Positions 33,490 through 45,330 of a stretch of 64,000 bases of DNA are shown one piece after another. Source of the stretch: Scyliorhinus canicula (taxonomy: Eukaryota); NCBI RefSeq assembly GCF_902713615.1, contig NC_052149.1, positions 126,297,256-126,361,255 on the forward strand, read 5' to 3'. The notes below the pieces were generated by a model that did no database searches, was not told where the DNA came from, and saw only the letters and a program-made list of their open reading frames with translations. Numbering within the stretch: position 1 is the stretch's first letter; each line of letters begins with the position of its first letter. A program made the position numbers and the translations under genes.

Positions 33490-36480
33490 CAAGTTCCGCC
33501 CCTCCAGTTATCACATCCTCCAGGTGTCGAATTGCTCTTCCTGTCATTAACTCAAAAGGGGCTGGACCCGTTCCCCGGGTGGGGGTGGCTCTTTGTCACA
33601 ATGATATTGCATTATCTTACCCATCAGGTGATGGGTTCTGATGCATTTATTGCCCATGAAGCACACGGTGCCTGCCTGTGGCTACCGCATCCATTTGGGC
33701 AGAGTAATATTCCACTGGTCTTAATTTATCCCCATGTATCTGGGCTACTATAGCGGCCTACATTCCACAATCCTCCTGGCAGAAGATGTGGGATGGCCGA
33801 CTGTGGCCTGGCAACCCCAGGGCGTGTTGACCATTGATTGTTTTAGATTGGAAAAGCTTGCATCTCCTCCCCGCACTCCATTTTGTCTTTGCTCGCCCTT
33901 CTCCCCTTTGCTAAATCTTGTCGGGGCTTCACAAAGATTGCTTACCCTTCCACTAGATTTTAAATCTATTGAAAGTCACTTATAAATTCTCAAATTCTTG
34001 AAGCTCCAGCAAATCTTGTTTCACTTGCAGTTTTCACAAAAGATTCATTATGCTTGGGGCAAAATGGGTTAATTAGTCTGGACATATCTGACAATTCAAA
34101 GTTAAAAGTCCCAATTCCTGTTAAAAAAAACATCTTCAGCTGTTAAAAGGCAAGGGTTAATTATCTGCTGTCTGAGGAGAGGCGGGGTAAAAGTTTTCAA
34201 CTGGACTTCATTACATCACCACCCACCTTTGTTTAACTTAACCAGAAACACAATGAGAGATTGTCATCAATCTCTACTTTACACCCATCTTTTTTTCCCC
34301 TCAAAATTTGTTTCCTTTTCAAGGTTTTTGAGGCATTTTATCAGAGGTTGTACAGGTCAGAGACCGTGAGATGCAGGGATTCCTAGATGGGTTGGAGTAC
34401 CCGAGGTTAGGGGAGAGGGACAGGGCTACATTAGAAGAAGCAATAGTGGAGCAGGAGATAAGGGATGCGATTGGGAGGATGCAGTCGGGGAAGGTGGCAG
34501 GGCCAGATGGGTTTCCGGTGGAATATTATAAAAAATTCAAGGATAAGCTGGCACCCCTGATGGTGGGGATGTTTGAAGAGGCGATAGGAAAGGGGGTGTT
34601 GCCACAAACCTTGGGGCAGGCATCAATTTCGCTGTTGCTTAAAAAAGATAAGGATCCGACGGAGTGTTGGTCGTATCGGCCGATATCACTTCCGAATGTG
34701 GACGCAAAAGTATTGGCAAAGGTACTGGCGGGGAGGCAGGAGGAGTGTCTCCCGAAGGTGATGGGTGAAGATCAGACGGGGTTCGTGAAAAGGAGGCAGC
34801 TGTTTTCGAACATTAGGAGGGTTTTGAACATCGTTATGACAACGGCGGAAGGGAAGGAAACAGAGGTGGTTGTAGCATCGGACGGCGAGAAGGCATTTGA
34901 CCGGATAGAATGGGGGTACCTGATGGCAGTTCTGGAGCAGTTTGGGATTGGACCAAGATTTGTGAACTGGGTAAAGTTATTATATAAGGAGCCGAAGGCG
35001 AGTGTCCGCACAAACATCATCAGCTCGAGATACTTTTCTCTCCACCGTGGGACGAGACAGGGATGTTCTATGTCCCCCATGCTGTTTGCACTTGCGATTG
35101 AGCCGTTGGCCATCGCATTAAGAAGTTTGGGAGCATGGAAAGGAATAGTGGTGGGGGGGGCGGGGGGGATAGAGCATAGGGTGTCCTTATATGCCGACGA
35201 CTTGCTGCTGTATGTGTCAGAATTGAGTGCATCGATAGGAGGAATATTGGAGTTACTGTGAGTATTTGGGTCTTTCTCAGGGTACAAGCTGAACCTGGAC
35301 AAGAGTGAGTATTTTGTGGTGTCTCGGCCGGGGGTGGGGGCAGGGGCATGGGGGGTGACATTCCGTAGGGCTGGGACTCACTTTAGGTATCTGGGGGTGC
35401 CGGTTGCCCGGGAGTGGGGGAGGCTTCGCAGATACAACATCACTGGTTTGGTGGGGAGAGTGAAAGCCGATCTGGCAAGGTGGGATGGTCTCCCTCTGTC
35501 ACTGGTGGGTCGGGTACAGGCGGTTAAAATGAATGTGTTGCAGCGATTTCTGTTTATTTTTCAATGCCTGACGATTTTCCTGCTAAAGGCTTTTTTCAGA
35601 GAGATTGAGGGAAGGATTACTTCATTCATATGGGGAGGGAAGGTGGCCAGAGTGAGGATGGTGCTGCTACAGAGGGGAAGGCAGGCAGGGGGTTTGGGTC
35701 TCCCAAACCTGATGCACTACAACTGGGCGGCGAATGTGGAGAAGATGCAGAGCTGGGTCAGAGGGGTTGATTCCCAGTGGGTCAGAATGGAGGAGAGTTT
35801 GTGCAGGGGGTCGGGACTGAAAGCACTAGCAACAGCGCCGCTCCCGATAGCTCCGGGGAAATACTCGGGGAGTCCGGTAATAATAGCTTCATTGAAAATC
35901 TGGAGGCAGTTTCACCAACCCTTCGGGTTGGGGGTAGGGTCAAGGTAAATGCCGATTCGGGGGAACCACAGATTTGAGCCAAGGAGGTGGGATGGAAGCT
36001 TTCGGAAATGGGAGGAGATGGGGATTAAGACGCTAAAAGGTTTGTTTCTTCGGGGTCAATTTGCAGGATTGAGGGAGCTGGAAGCGAAGTATGGGTTGGA
36101 GCAGGGAGAAATGTTTAGATACATACAGGCTTGAGATTTTGCCAGGAAGGAGATACACAGCTTCCCTGAGGAACCGGCCTCCACGTTGTTGGAGGAGGTG
36201 CTGATGGCAAGGGGAATGGAGAAGGGGAAGTGTCAGCGGTGTGCGGAGCTATGTTGGAAAAGGATAAGGCACCACTGGAAGGGATCAAAGCAAAGTGGGA
36301 GGAAGAGTTGGGAGAGGTTATAGAGGAGGGGGTCTGGTGTGAGGTGCTCCGGAGAGTGAATGCCTCCACCTCGTGTGCGAGGTTGGGGCTGATACAGCTG
36401 AAGGTGGTATACAGAGCACACCTCACGAGGGCGAGGATGAGCCGATTCTTTGAAGGAGTAGAAGAAAGGTGTGAACGTTG

Positions 36481-36511
<31 letters not shown>

Positions 36512-39250
36512 CGCTAATCACGTTCATATGTTTTGGTCCTGTCCAAAGCTAGGGGAGTACTGGAAGTAGGTGTTTAGGGTAATTTCCAAGGTTGTGTGTG
36601 TGAAACTGGACCCGGATCCCCGGGAGGCCATATTCGGGATGTCGGACCAGCCAGGGGTGGAAACGGGTGTGGAGGCAGATATTACAGCCTTCGCCTCGTT
36701 GATCGCCCGAAGGCGGAACCTGCTGGGATGGAGAGCAGCCTCTCCACCCTGTGCCCTGGCGTGGTGGGGGGACCTGTTGGAATATTTGACCCTTGAGAAG
36801 GTTACGTTCGAACTGAGGGGAAGCTCGGAGGGATTCTACAAGTCATGGGCACTATTTATTAATGCACTTTCAAGAACTGGATAACATTGAACATTAGTGG
36901 GGGGGGGGGGGGGGGGGGGTGGGGGGGTAGGGTGGCTGTATATTTTAAAGATGGTTATGGGTAATCCCTGATTCCTTTTTGTCATTTGTTTATGTAAACT
37001 TATGGGCTGATGTTTGGGGTTGGTGGGAGGATGGGATTGTTGTTAGTGTTATCGGGTTTGACATATTTGTTGTTGATTATTGTTTGTTGTTGGTGGGTGT
37101 AAATTTGGGAGAAAACGTGAAAAAGGAGAATAAAAATATATATTTTTAACATTTGTTTCCTTTCTTCCTCGTGGTATCAGTTGTGTCGGGAATAATTATT
37201 TTTCAACCTGACCCAAAGTTTTAACACAAAATCAATCCAACACAGGATCAGCCATAATCAATTTCGATATCCCCAATTCCATTCAATCTTATTCAATTAA
37301 AATGGTCTCATTGTTAAAAATGTGAATCTGTATCCGGATTAAAATTCCGACATGTTGTTCAAAAATCTCCTGGAATCATGCCTCTGGCCAGAAAACATGA
37401 CTGCAGGCTTTTGCCAACTGTTTGGACTTAAATCACTTCAAAAATCCCAACTTCAGACAGCAAACGTTTTGAAACAAAAATAACCAACATGAATGACATA
37501 AATGTGTCTGCATCTCCTTCTCTCCACTTCCGGCATCTGCAATTTAAAAAACTCAAAGTTAATTCCCCAGAAAGATAAACCTTAATAATAACAACATTAC
37601 TCTATGAATCTCGCAAGAACAAACAAAACAGGATACTTCTGCTGGTAAAGTTCACAGATGTTTAGCAGCAGTTTTTTTGCTCCACTGCAAGCTGATACTC
37701 TTTTGGTTAAACTAATGACAAAGGTTCACTGCCCTTTTTCATTTTTAGACTTAAACTATTTATTTGATTTATTTATCTTTTTCTTTCCGTTTAATCCAAT
37801 CCAATACCTGATTTCATAGGCATCACCTATTCTTTAATAAATTTAAACCTCAAAGGTATTTCACTCCAACACATTATGAGCTGCCAAATCTTTTTTCCTT
37901 TACGGGGGTGAAGCATGCTTAAAATTTCTACTTTTAACTGGTGTTGTTGAATTTCCAGACATCCACAATTTAATCTTGTATCAAGTAATTTACACACATG
38001 TTTCGGGGCAATTTAAAAATCAATAAAAACATGCTGAAACAGTTAACTTTTGTGTTCCAATTTATGTTCCTTTGTCATCTTTTCCCTCTAAATCGATTCA
38101 AATTCGGTTACTTCACCAAGTTTGAAGAAATTTAATTAGTTCACTTTTCTCCACAGCTGCCCTAAGCAGTGGGGTTTTAAATCTCGTTACACATACAAAC
38201 TCAGAATGATGACACCAGCTTTGTCTGACTTGTCACTTACTCTGAGCCCCGAGTCGGTTCCCTGTTTTGGCCTCCATCAAATCATTGTGGGGCCCTACCC
38301 TTTCCAAACATTTTAACGTGCGGTGGTTTATCCTGCACTGCTCATCAGCACGTTACAAAAGTCTGTCGTTGCCCATCCAACATTAGCACGTTCTCAGTGT
38401 TGCGTGTGTCTGCCGCAACCCTACTCGCAACTTTCACCCCTTGTTCGGGTCGCACAGCTTATGGATCCGGCCGTCTGACACACTACTCCTCTATTGACTG
38501 GGTGCTAAATTAAAATGCACACACCCGTATGGAGGCGTATCATTCGGCCAGAATCCCGTGGACGACCATGCTCGAAGTGCGCCAAAAATTGTAGGAGCAG
38601 TTTCAAAGCCTGTGTATTGAGTCAACTTCCACTTGGGGTCCTTTCCTGTGGCTCAACTCAGGACAGAGAACAACAGACACATCAGAAATCTGGATAAAAT
38701 GGTTTATTTATTAATCCAAGCTTGGTTACATGTACACGGAGATTAGATCTGGATAATGCCAAAACCTATCGACTGAACATTGATAAAAACACATCAATTA
38801 TACAACTTCCGAAAATCAATGGCCCATCCCAGTTGGACACAATCCAATCCCTGAAGCTGTCACGTTTAAACTTTACCCAATAAAATTGCAATCAACTCAT
38901 GATTGAACATCATCCTGTTAGTTGTGTTTACCGAAAGGCCTGACATCAGTCTTAGCATCCTCAGTGTTTTTTTCCCCCATCTCAGCATCGCCAGGATATC
39001 AAAAGTGACTTTCCTTTTCGCTTCCAGAAGATATCGGGGGCCACTGATACAAACGTGCGTTTACCAGTAATTTGCTGATCACACATTTCTGATCACATCA
39101 CTACTCTGCCTGTAGCCAGAGTTTGATTACTTATTAATGCTATGTCTTAATAATACATGTTTAATGGTTAATAATGATTACTCAGTACACTTGAAATAAT
39201 TAACCTCAATCCTTAATAAAGTAACTTATGTAAAACTACTCTCGTGGTGT
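33490..39250 (-). mobile_element. Decayed endogenous retrovirus-like element (class I, gamma/epsilon-like), interrupted by an L1
   Basis: RT-RNaseH connection relic (FSNLKQSMVNTP/LGLP...IFCQEDCG*AAIVAQIHGDKLRPVEYYSAQMDAVATG) at about 33675-33890, and integrase relic (PFELMTGRAIR) at about 33490-33600. LTR-like end ...CTACA at 38590 followed by TGGCGCAC. LTR 5' boundary uncertain. Confidence 0.65.
34319..37150 (+). mobile_element. 5'-truncated L1-clade LINE (second subfamily) with 13-bp TSD
   Basis: ATTTGTTTCCTTT at 34306-34318 and 37151-37163. RT (KVAGPDGF, YADDLLL) and CERC...HMFW, with stops and frameshifts. Confidence 0.9.
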
Positions 39251-39309
39251 CTTAGCTGTTCAGTTTTAAGAGGTCTCACCACTGAACCCCTCCCCCCCCC
39301 CCCCTTCAC

Positions 39310-39475
39310 CAGGGGCAAGATGCATCCAACTCACCCTGCCGCCCTGAGAAGGTCGTGTAGTTTCTTCTGGCACTATGTGCCAGTCCGGGCGACGTTCCTC
39401 AGGGCGCTGACCGCCTCTGTCAACTGGGATCCAGCATGGCAAACGGCGGTGCCTGGTGGCTTTCCTCCTGGGCCG
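39310..39475 (-). mobile_element. Harbinger Myb exon 1 fragment
   Basis: EAVSALRNVARTGT*CQKKLHDLLRAA followed by GTGAGT donor. Confidence 0.6.
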
Positions 39476-39489
39476 TGGTATTGGGACAT

Positions 39490-40225
39490 TAAACCAGTCT
39501 CTTCACAACCTGGGGCTGACATTTAACCCCGAGCTGAGCTTCCGACCTCATATTGGTGACATCACTAAGATGGTCTATTTCCACCTCAGTAACATTGCTC
39601 AACTTCACCCGTCTCAGCTCATCTACTGAGGAAACCATCATCCATGTCTCCGTTACCTCTGGACGTGACTATTCCAATACACTCCTGGCTGCTCTCCCAC
39701 ATCCTACCCTCCGGAAACATGAGCTCATCCAAAACTCTGCTGTCCCAGCCTGAACTCCCACCAAGTCCCGTTCCCCTATCACCCCCTGTACTCACTGACC
39801 CACATTGGCTCCTAGTCAAGCAATGTCTTGGTTTTAAAATTCTCATCCTTGTTTTCCAATCCCTCCATGTCCTCGCCCCTCCCTATCTCTGGAATCTCCT
39901 CCAGCCCCACAACCCTCCGAGATATCTGCGCTCCTCTAATTCTGGCCTCTTGTACATTCCTGATCAGAATCGCCCCCCCATTGGTGGCCGTGCCTTCAGC
40001 TGCCTGGGCCCCAAGCTCTGGGATTCCCTCCCTGAACCTCTCCGTCTCTCTGTCTCACTCTGATCCTTTAAGGAACTTTTTAAAGTCCACCTTTTTGACC
40101 AATCATCTGAGTTAATATCTCCCTCTTTGTCTGGGTGTTATACTTTGTTACATAATGGCGCTGTATGATATCTCGTTATGCTAAAGGATAAATATAATTA
40201 TAAGTTGTTGGTGTTGTGCATTCAC
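39490..40225 (+). mobile_element. L2 relic, paralog of 1780-2220
   Basis: 39644-40058 differs from 1804-2218 at about 8 sites and shares the same disabling changes. It keeps the L2 3' end. Confidence 0.88.
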
Positions 40226-40269
40226 TCTTTACTCTGTGAACTGGAGGTTTTGGTCCAGCTGGTGGGATT

Positions 40270-41030
40270 GCACTGTGCAATCTCTGCTGCATGCAGATGG
40301 CGGGAAGCGTCATAGATAGGAGTTATAGAGATGAGGTCACACGCAAGACGCAGGCAGACAGATGAGTGACCACTAGAAGGGGCACAGTCAGTGCAGCAAT
40401 TCCCTGTGGCTGTCCCCCTCTCTAACAGGTATACTGTCTTGGATACTGTTGGGGAGGATAGGGTATCAGGGAAAATAACAGCAGCCAGTACAATGGCACC
40501 AAAACTGGCTCTGTTGCTCAGCAGGGGAGGGCACAGTGCAGGGAACTATAGTTATACGGGAATCCATAGTAAGGGGCACAGATAGGCGCTTCTGTCGAAT
40601 TGAAAGAGACTCCAGGATGGTATGTTGCCTCCCTGGTGCCAGGGTCAAGGATGTCTCTGAACGAACACATGACATCCTGAAGGGGAGGGTGAACAGCCAG
40701 AGGTTGTAGTACACATAGGTACTAACCACATAGGCAGGAAAAGTGATGACGTCCTGCAGAAGGAGTTCAGGGAGTTAGGCAGCAAGCTAAAAAGCAGGAC
40801 TTCCCTGATTGTAATCTCAGGATTACACCCTGTGCCATGTGCCAGTGAGGCTAGAAATAGAAGGGTAGAGCAGCTAAATATGTGGCTAAACTGGACCACA
40901 GCAATCTCTTCCGGGGCAGGTGGGACCTGTACAAGAAGGACGGTTTGCATCTAAACTGGAGGGGCACCAATATCCTGGCTGGGAGGTTTGCTAGTGTCAC
41001 TCAGGAGGATTTAAATTAGTATGGCAAGGA
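40270..41030 (+). mobile_element. CR1 5' fragment (ORF1 SGNH-esterase region)
   Basis: VPLSNRYTVLDTVG, MVCCLPGARVKD-like and HIGTN motifs. Confidence 0.75.
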
Positions 41031-41179
41031 GGTGGGAACTTTAGCTTTGAAGGTGTAATTACTGAAGATGAAATAGGGAAAAAAATAAGAGAACAACATC
41101 ACCCTGTCTGCTCAAACGCAATGGTTTCAAGTGTCTTTGTTTCACAAAAACATTTTTCTACAGTTTAATTTCAAAAGTT

Positions 41180-44100
41180 TAATTTAAAGGAATAAATCAT
41201 GGCAGGACAGCTCCAAGGTGTGGTCTGCTACTCTTGCTCCATGTTGCAGGCTGGTCCAGTCCCCAGGGTCAGCATGTGTGCAGGAAGTGTCTCCAGTTAC
41301 AGCTTTGACACGAGTCATCGGAATGGAAACGTTAGCTCTTTTCTCTCCCTACAGATGCTGCCAGACGTGCTGAGATTTTCCAGCATTTTCTCTTTCGTTT
41401 CAGATTCCAGCATCTGCAGTAATTTGCTTTTATCCAGTAACAGCTCCTGGAAGCTTGAATTTCACAGCTGGAGTGACAGCTGTAGACACTGTGGAGCATC
41501 CGCGAGTCGGACAGCACCATGGATAGCACGTATAGAGAGGTGATCAAGCCTAAGACTCTGCAGGCAGGAAGGGAATGGGTGACCACCAGACAGAGCAAGA
41601 GAGCTAGGCAGGCAGTGCAGGAATCTCCTGTGGCCATTCCCCTGCAGAACTGATATACCATTTTTGATACAGTTGAAGGGAATGTCCTCTGAGGAGAAAA
41701 AAGCAACAGCCAAACCCGTGGCACCACAGTTGGTTCGGCTGCAGAGGGGAAGGGTGATAAGTGTGACAGTGCAATAGTTATAGGGGATTCAATTGTAAGG
41801 GGAATAGACAGGCGTTTCTGTGGCCGCAATCGAGACTCCAGGATGGTGTGTTGCCTCCCTGGTGCTGCGGTCAAGGATGTCTCGGAGCGGGTACAGGACA
41901 TTCTGGAGGGGGAGGGTGAACAGCCAGTGGTCGTGGTACACATCGGTACAAACGACAAAGGTAAAAAAAGGGAAGAGGTTCTAAAAGCAAAATACAGGGA
42001 GCTAGGAAGGAAGTTAAGAAATTGGACCTCAAAGGTAGTGATCTCAGGATTACTACCGGTGCCACGTGCTAGTCAGAGGAGAAATGACAGGATATATAGG
42101 ATGAATACGTGGCTGAAGAGATGATGTCAGGAAGAGGGTTTCAGATTCCTGGGGCATTGGGACCGGTTCTGGGGGAGGTGGGACCTGTACAAACTGGATG
42201 GGTTACACCTGGGCAGGACTGGAACTGATGTCCGAGGGGGGCTATTTGCTAGAGCGGTTGGGGAGAGTTTAAACTAATGTGGCGGGGGGATGGGAACCAA
42301 TGCAAGGAGTCAGAGAAAGAGGGAACAAGGACAAAAGCAGAAGGTAGAAAAGTGAATAAGTAAAGTGAGGTGGAGAAACCAAGGACAAAATTCAAACAGG
42401 ACAGCAGAGAAGAATATTGGGAGCAAGACAAGCATTGTGAAAAAGACAAATTTAAAGGCTCTGTGCCTTAATGCACGGAGCATTTGCAATAAAATGGATG
42501 ACCTAATCACGCAGATAGATATAAATGGGAAATTATACAATTGGGATTACGAAGCCATGGCTGCAGGGTGAACAGGGATGGGAACTGAATGTCCCAGGGT
42601 TCTCAGTATTTAGGAAGGACAGGCATAAAAGAAAAGGTGGTGGTGTGGCACTGCTGGTTAAAGAGGAAATTAACACAATACTGAGAAAGGATATTAGCTC
42701 TGACAATGTGGAATCTGTATGGGTAGAGTTGAGAAATACCAAGGGGCAAAAAACATTAGTGGGTGTCATATCTAGACCCCCAAACTGCACTGGTGAGGTT
42801 GGGAATGGCATTAAATAAGAAATTAGATGTGTGTAACAAGGGAATATCGGTGATCATGGGTGATTGTAATCTTCACATAGATTGGGCAAATCAAATTTGC
42901 CACAATGCCGTACAGGAGGAATTCCTGGAGTGTACACGGGATGGTTTTCTTGACCAATATGTGGAGGAACCAACGAGAGAGCAGGCCACCTTAGACTAGG
43001 TTCTGTGTAATGAGAAGGGAATTATTGCCAATCTGGCTGTCCGAGACCCCTTGGGGATGAGCGACTATAACATGATAGAATTTTTCATGCAGAGTGAAGT
43101 AGTTGATTCGGAGACTAGGGTGCTGAATCTTAATAAAGGGAACTATGAGGATATGAGGTGTGAGTTGGCATTGATAGATTGGGGAGAGTTACTGAAAGGG
43201 ATGACAGTGGATAGACAATGGCAAACATTCAAGGAATGCATGGAGGAACTACAGCAACTGTTCATTCATGTCTGGCACAAAAGCAAAGAGGGTAAGAGGG
43301 CCAATCCATGGCTTACAAAGGAAATTAGAAATAGTATCTGATACAAGGAAGAAGCATACAGATTGGCCAAGAAAAATAATAGGTCTGACGATTGGGAGCA
43401 GTTTAGTATTGATCAAAGAAGGATGAAGGGATTGATTAAGAAGCGGAAAGTACAGTACGAAAGGAAGCTTGCAGGGAACATAAAGACTGAGACAAAGAGT
43501 TTCTACAGATATGTGAAGAGAAAGAGATTGGTAAAGAGAAATGTAGGCCCCCTACAGACAGAAACAGGGGAATGCATAATAAGGGACAAAGAAATGGCTC
43601 AGCAATTAAACACATACTTTAGTTCTGTCTTCACAAATTAAGACACAAATCAGATCCCAGAAATGTTAGAGAATGAAAGGTTTAGTGAGAGGGAAGAACT
43701 GAGGGAGATCGGCAACAGTAAAGAAATGGTTCTGGGAAAATTGATCGGATTTAAAGCGGATAAATCCCCAGGACCTGAGAATCTGCATCCCAGAGTGCTT
43801 AAGGAGGTGGCTCTGGAAATAGTGGATGCATTGGTGGTCATCTTCCGGGATTCTATAGACTCTGGAACTGTCCCTGCAGATTGGAGGGTAGCTCACGTCA
43901 CTCCGATATTCAAAAAGGGAGGTAGAGAGAAAGGGAATTATAGACCAGTAAGCCTAACATCGGTAATGGGGAAAATGCTTGAATCCATTATCAAGGACTT
44001 TATAGCGGAACATTTAGACAGCAGTGGCAGGATCAGTCAGAGTCAGCATGGATTTATGAAGGGGAAATCATGCTTGACAAATCTGTAGGAATTCTTTGAA

Positions 44101-45330
44101 GAGGTAACCAGTACAGTCGACAAGGAGGAGCCAGTTGATGTGGTATATTTGGACTTTCAGAAGGCGTTTGACAAAGTCCTGCATAAGTGATTATTGTGCA
44201 AAATTAAAGCACATGGGATTGGGGGAAGTGATAGAAAACTGGTTGGCAGAGAAGAAACAAAGAGTCAGGATTAATGGGTCCTTTTCGAATTGGCAGTCAG
44301 TAACCAGTGGGGTACCACAGGGATCGGTGCTGGGACCCCAGCTATTCACAATATATATTAATGATTTGGATAAGGGAACAAAATGTAACATCTCAAAGTT
44401 TGCAGATGATACCAAATTAGATGGGAGGATGAATTGTGACACGGATGCAGGGACCCTACAGCAAGATCTGGACAGGTTGGGCAAATCAATGGCAGATGCA
44501 GTATAATTTGAATAAGTGTGAGGTTATTCACTTTGGAAGCAAAACCAGGAAGGCTGATTACTACCTGAATGGCTGTAAATTGGGAGAGGGGAGTGTGCAG
44601 CGGGACCTGGGTGTCCCTCTGCACCATTCGCTGAAGGTAAGCATGCAGGGGCAGCAGGCAGTAAAGAAGGCTAATGGTATGTTGGCCTTCATTGCAAGAG
44701 GTTTCGAGTACAGAAGCAGGGATGTGTTGCTGCAATTGTACAGGGCCTTGGTGAGGCCACACCTGGAGTATTGTGAGCAGTTGTGGTCTCCTTCTCTGAG
44801 GAAGGATGTTCTTGCTCTCGAGGGAGTGCAGCGAAGGTTTACCAGACTGATTCCAGGGATGGCGGGACTGTCATATGAGGAGAGATTGACTCGGTTCGGA
44901 TTGTTCTCGCTGGAGTTCAGAAGAATGAGGGGAGATCTCATAGAGGCTTATAAAATTCTAACAGGACTAGACAGGGTAGATGCAGGGAAGATGTTATCAA
45001 TGATGGATGTGTCCAAAACCTGAGGTCACAGTCTGAGGATTCAGGGTAAACCATTTCGGTCAGAGATAAGGAGACACTTCTTCACACAAAGCGTGGTGAG
45101 CCTGTGGATTCATTGCCACAGGAAGTAGTTGATGCTAAAACTTTGAATATATTCAAGAGGCGGCTGGATATAGCACTTGGGGAGAATGGGATCAAAGGCT
45201 ATGGGGAGGAAGCAGGATTAGGCTATTGACTTGGATAATCAACCATGATCATGATGAATGGCAGAGCAGGCTCGAAGGGCCAAAAGGCCTCCTCCTGCTC
45301 CTATCTTCTATGTATCTAAGTATCTATGTA
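41180..45330 (+). mobile_element. Near full-length but decayed CR1 LINE
   Basis: ORF1 (MAGQLQGVVCYSCSM; MVCCLPGAAVKDV), EN, RT (FADDTK) and a CTAT-type tail. Contains a 128-bp insertion at 41305-41432. Confidence 0.88.

Larger units (their letters stand above)
31472..33490. mobile_element. Internally deleted Harbinger element (end at 31472, Myb-gene 3' exon on minus)
   Basis: GGGTGGGATTCACC terminus. The C-terminus ...HKARKLDTS* at 32378 matches ...CKARRVDTS* at 50572. Confidence 0.7.
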
